Positions 8,014 through 9,988 of a stretch of 9,988 bases of DNA are shown piece after piece. The notes under the pieces are model-generated. The model saw only the letters and a program-made list of their open reading frames with translations. It did no database searches and was not told the origin of the DNA. The translations under genes were made by a program, and so were the position numbers. Origin of the DNA: Octopus sinensis (taxonomy: Eukaryota); NCBI RefSeq assembly GCF_006345805.1, contig NW_021827729.1:1-9988 (forward strand), written 5' to 3'. Every line of letters starts with the position of its first letter. Within the stretch, counting starts at the first letter, position 1.

Positions 8014-8405
8014 GGCGCGGGAGTGGCTGTGTGGTAAGTAGCTCGCTTTCCAACCACATGGTTCCGGGTTCAGTCCCACTGCGTGGCATCGTGGGCAAGT
8101 GTTTTCTATTATAGCCTCGGGCCGACCAAAGCCTTGTGAGTGGATTTGGTAGACGGAAACTCAAAGAAGCCTGTCGTATAAATGTATATATATATGTGTG
8201 TGTGTGTGTGTGTATGTTTGTGTTCCGTGTTTGTCCCCCTAGCATTGCTTGACTACCGATGCTGGTGTGTTTATGTCCCCGTCACTTAGCGGTTCGGCAA
8301 AATACACCGATAGAATAAGTACAAGGCTTCCAAAGAATAAGTCCCGGAGTCGATTTGCTCGACTAAATGACTGAAACAAATAAAAGAGTAAAAGAGTAAA
8401 GAGTA
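8014..8405 (+). mobile_element. Full-length tRNA-derived SINE with internal microsatellite
   Basis: A-box-like TGGCTGTGTGG, B-box-like GGTTCAGTCCC, internal (TA)(TG) tract at ~8177-8220, short TAAAAGAG-repeat tail; second copy at 8875-9800. Confidence 0.85.
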
Positions 8406-8849
8406 TATAATATGATACAGCTTTTCTTATCGTTCGTTTAGACAAATTCGTGACTGGCGACAATGAATCTGTTATACATTGTGTTCAATGCATATTTTGC
8501 GCATCTCACCCTTGCCCAACTTCTGAGGATAAATTGATCGCTTAAGGTATCTACTTTACTTTCCGTATCTTATAAAACATTATGAAGGGTCGACTAGCTC
8601 TGTAATTAGTCGTACATATATTAGAGCAAGCGGCTAATCTGATGATAAATGATGGTGAATTAATAAACGTTGATATAACTTGTATGATGAGCTGAAACTG
8701 ATTAGCTAAAGTTAATTACTATTTACAAAGTTCATTAAAGCAAAGATTAAATTAAATACCCTAGTCATTAATATATTCTCCCTAAATATTATCGATGTTT
8801 TATAACGCTGGAATAAATTTCGGAGTCCACTGTTCAATTACTACTACTA

Positions 8850-8875
8850 ATATATATATATATATATATATATAT
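8850..8875. repeat. (TA)n microsatellite
   Basis: Direct reading; abuts the truncated SINE head. Confidence 0.95.
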
Positions 8876-9028
8876 GGTAAGTAGCTTGCTTACCAACCAC
8901 ATGGTTCTGGGTTCAATCCCGTGCGTGACACCTTGGGCAAATGTCTTCTACTATAGCCTCGAGCCGATCAAAGTCTTATGAGCAGATTTGGTAGGTGGAA
9001 ACTGAAAGAAGCCCGTCGTATGTACATA

Positions 9029-9079
<51 letters not shown>

Positions 9080-9800
9080 TATATATAACAAAATAATAAA
9101 TGAAACATATGCATATATACATACATATATGTACGTACCTACATCTATATGTATATATACATGCATATATAGGTACAGGACACAAAAAAAAAAAAACCTC
9201 GAACACAATGAGAAACGAAAACATAAAAACAGAACCGTGAAAACGGACATTTTTTTTTAAACAACGAAAAAACATGGTACAAGACACGACACAAGGAAAA
9301 TTCCCCTTCTTCAGTCGCCTCCGTTTCGTCTACTCCGCGTTTCGAAGGTAAAGGCGAGACACGATTTCGATGAAACGGTCCTTCCCGCAAATAATTTGAG
9401 ATCTTTTGCGGAGGGGTAAATGTGGTAACAAAAACAGGACAGTAAAAGCAATACAAGGCAGTAAAAATACAAATAAAAATAAAAACAGTAAACGACGGGA
9501 CAAGTAGAACAACAGTAATACGAACGTTAAGGGCTGTTAAGTCGAACGAAAGAGATATTATTTTGAACGCGTGAGAGCAACGGCATTTATATATATATAT
9601 ATATATATATAACCGTGTGTGTGTTTCTGTGTATTTACGTCCCCGTAATCTGGCGGTTCGGCAAAAAAAAAAAAACGATAGAATAAGTCCCAGGCTTTAA
9701 AAACAGTACCAGTGTCGGTTTATTCGACTAAAACCCAAAAGCTATACTCCAGCATGGCCACAGGCAAGTGACTGAAACAAGTGAAAAACGAAATAAAACA
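8875..9800 (+). mobile_element. Second copy of the same SINE family, 5'-truncated and split by an insertion
   Basis: 8875-9020 matches the head and body of 8014-8405 (B box GGTTCAATCCC); ~9613-9800 matches its 3' half (TCCCCGT..GCGGTTCGGCAAAA..GATAGAATAAGT..TGACTGAAACAA). Confidence 0.8.
9172..9587. mobile_element. Unclassified ~415-bp insertion within the SINE's (TA)n tract
   Basis: Non-SINE sequence bounded by TA-rich arrays and separating the two halves of the SINE; no TIR or ORF recognised. Confidence 0.55.
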
Positions 9801-9988
9801 CTTTTGGTCTCATATAATAATTAATGCCTTGATAATAATAAACCATCTCACATTGAAACCTTTCACCGATAATGACATGTAATTACTCATTGCTAACGTT
9901 AAACACATATAACTAATAGGATTGTTACAGATTAATTTGTGGTTTAATAAACATGCATACGTTCCACCTACGTTGGAATTTCTGACCA

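Noticed and set aside
8014-8090. tRNA gene
   Set aside because: A/B boxes are present but there is no cloverleaf, and the sequence continues into a SINE body present twice in the window.
8639-8701. TGATGA and CTGA motifs suggesting a C/D snoRNA or hammerhead
   Set aside because: ATGATGA (8684-8690) is only 1-7 nt from CTGA, leaving no room for a guide or stem II; no terminal stem.
9295-9350. CTGAAGA (minus 9308-9314) with two GAAAC motifs, a possible hammerhead
   Set aside because: The GAAAC motifs lie upstream; a type II arrangement gives only a weak stem II and no stem I, and there is no GAAA downstream.
8951-9512. Minus-strand F/Y/C-rich ORFs
   Set aside because: Result of (TA)n repeats and strong A-skew in the inserted element; no protein motif.

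Overview
Repeat-dense eukaryotic non-coding DNA with no host exon, tRNA, rRNA or CRISPR array that I can support. The microsatellite density and SINE types look like an octopus/cephalopod genome, which is inference from recalled repeat families. The main object is a ~3.6 kb, GC-rich, 5'-truncated L1-clade (Tx1-type) non-LTR retrotransposon at 3546-7142 (+). It encodes a partial AP endonuclease, a reverse transcriptase and a CCHC zinc knuckle, and it sits between two (TATC)n arrays in the same orientation, making it a candidate (TATC/GATA)n-targeting element. Its ORF2 is broken by about 17 frameshifts, almost all at short base runs, with no substitution-derived stop, so the copy may be young and the breaks may be sequencing errors. 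Around it are four minus-strand tRNA-type SINEs (262-1213), a probable LINE 3' end with a (TAA)n tail, and a 33-bp inverted repeat overlapping a hammerhead-ribozyme-like fold (2338-2428). The window also holds a Tc1/mariner-type MITE (7717-7989) and two plus-strand tRNA-type SINEs, one split by an unclassified ~415-bp insert. All ORFs outside 3546-6748 are microsatellite or repeat artefacts.
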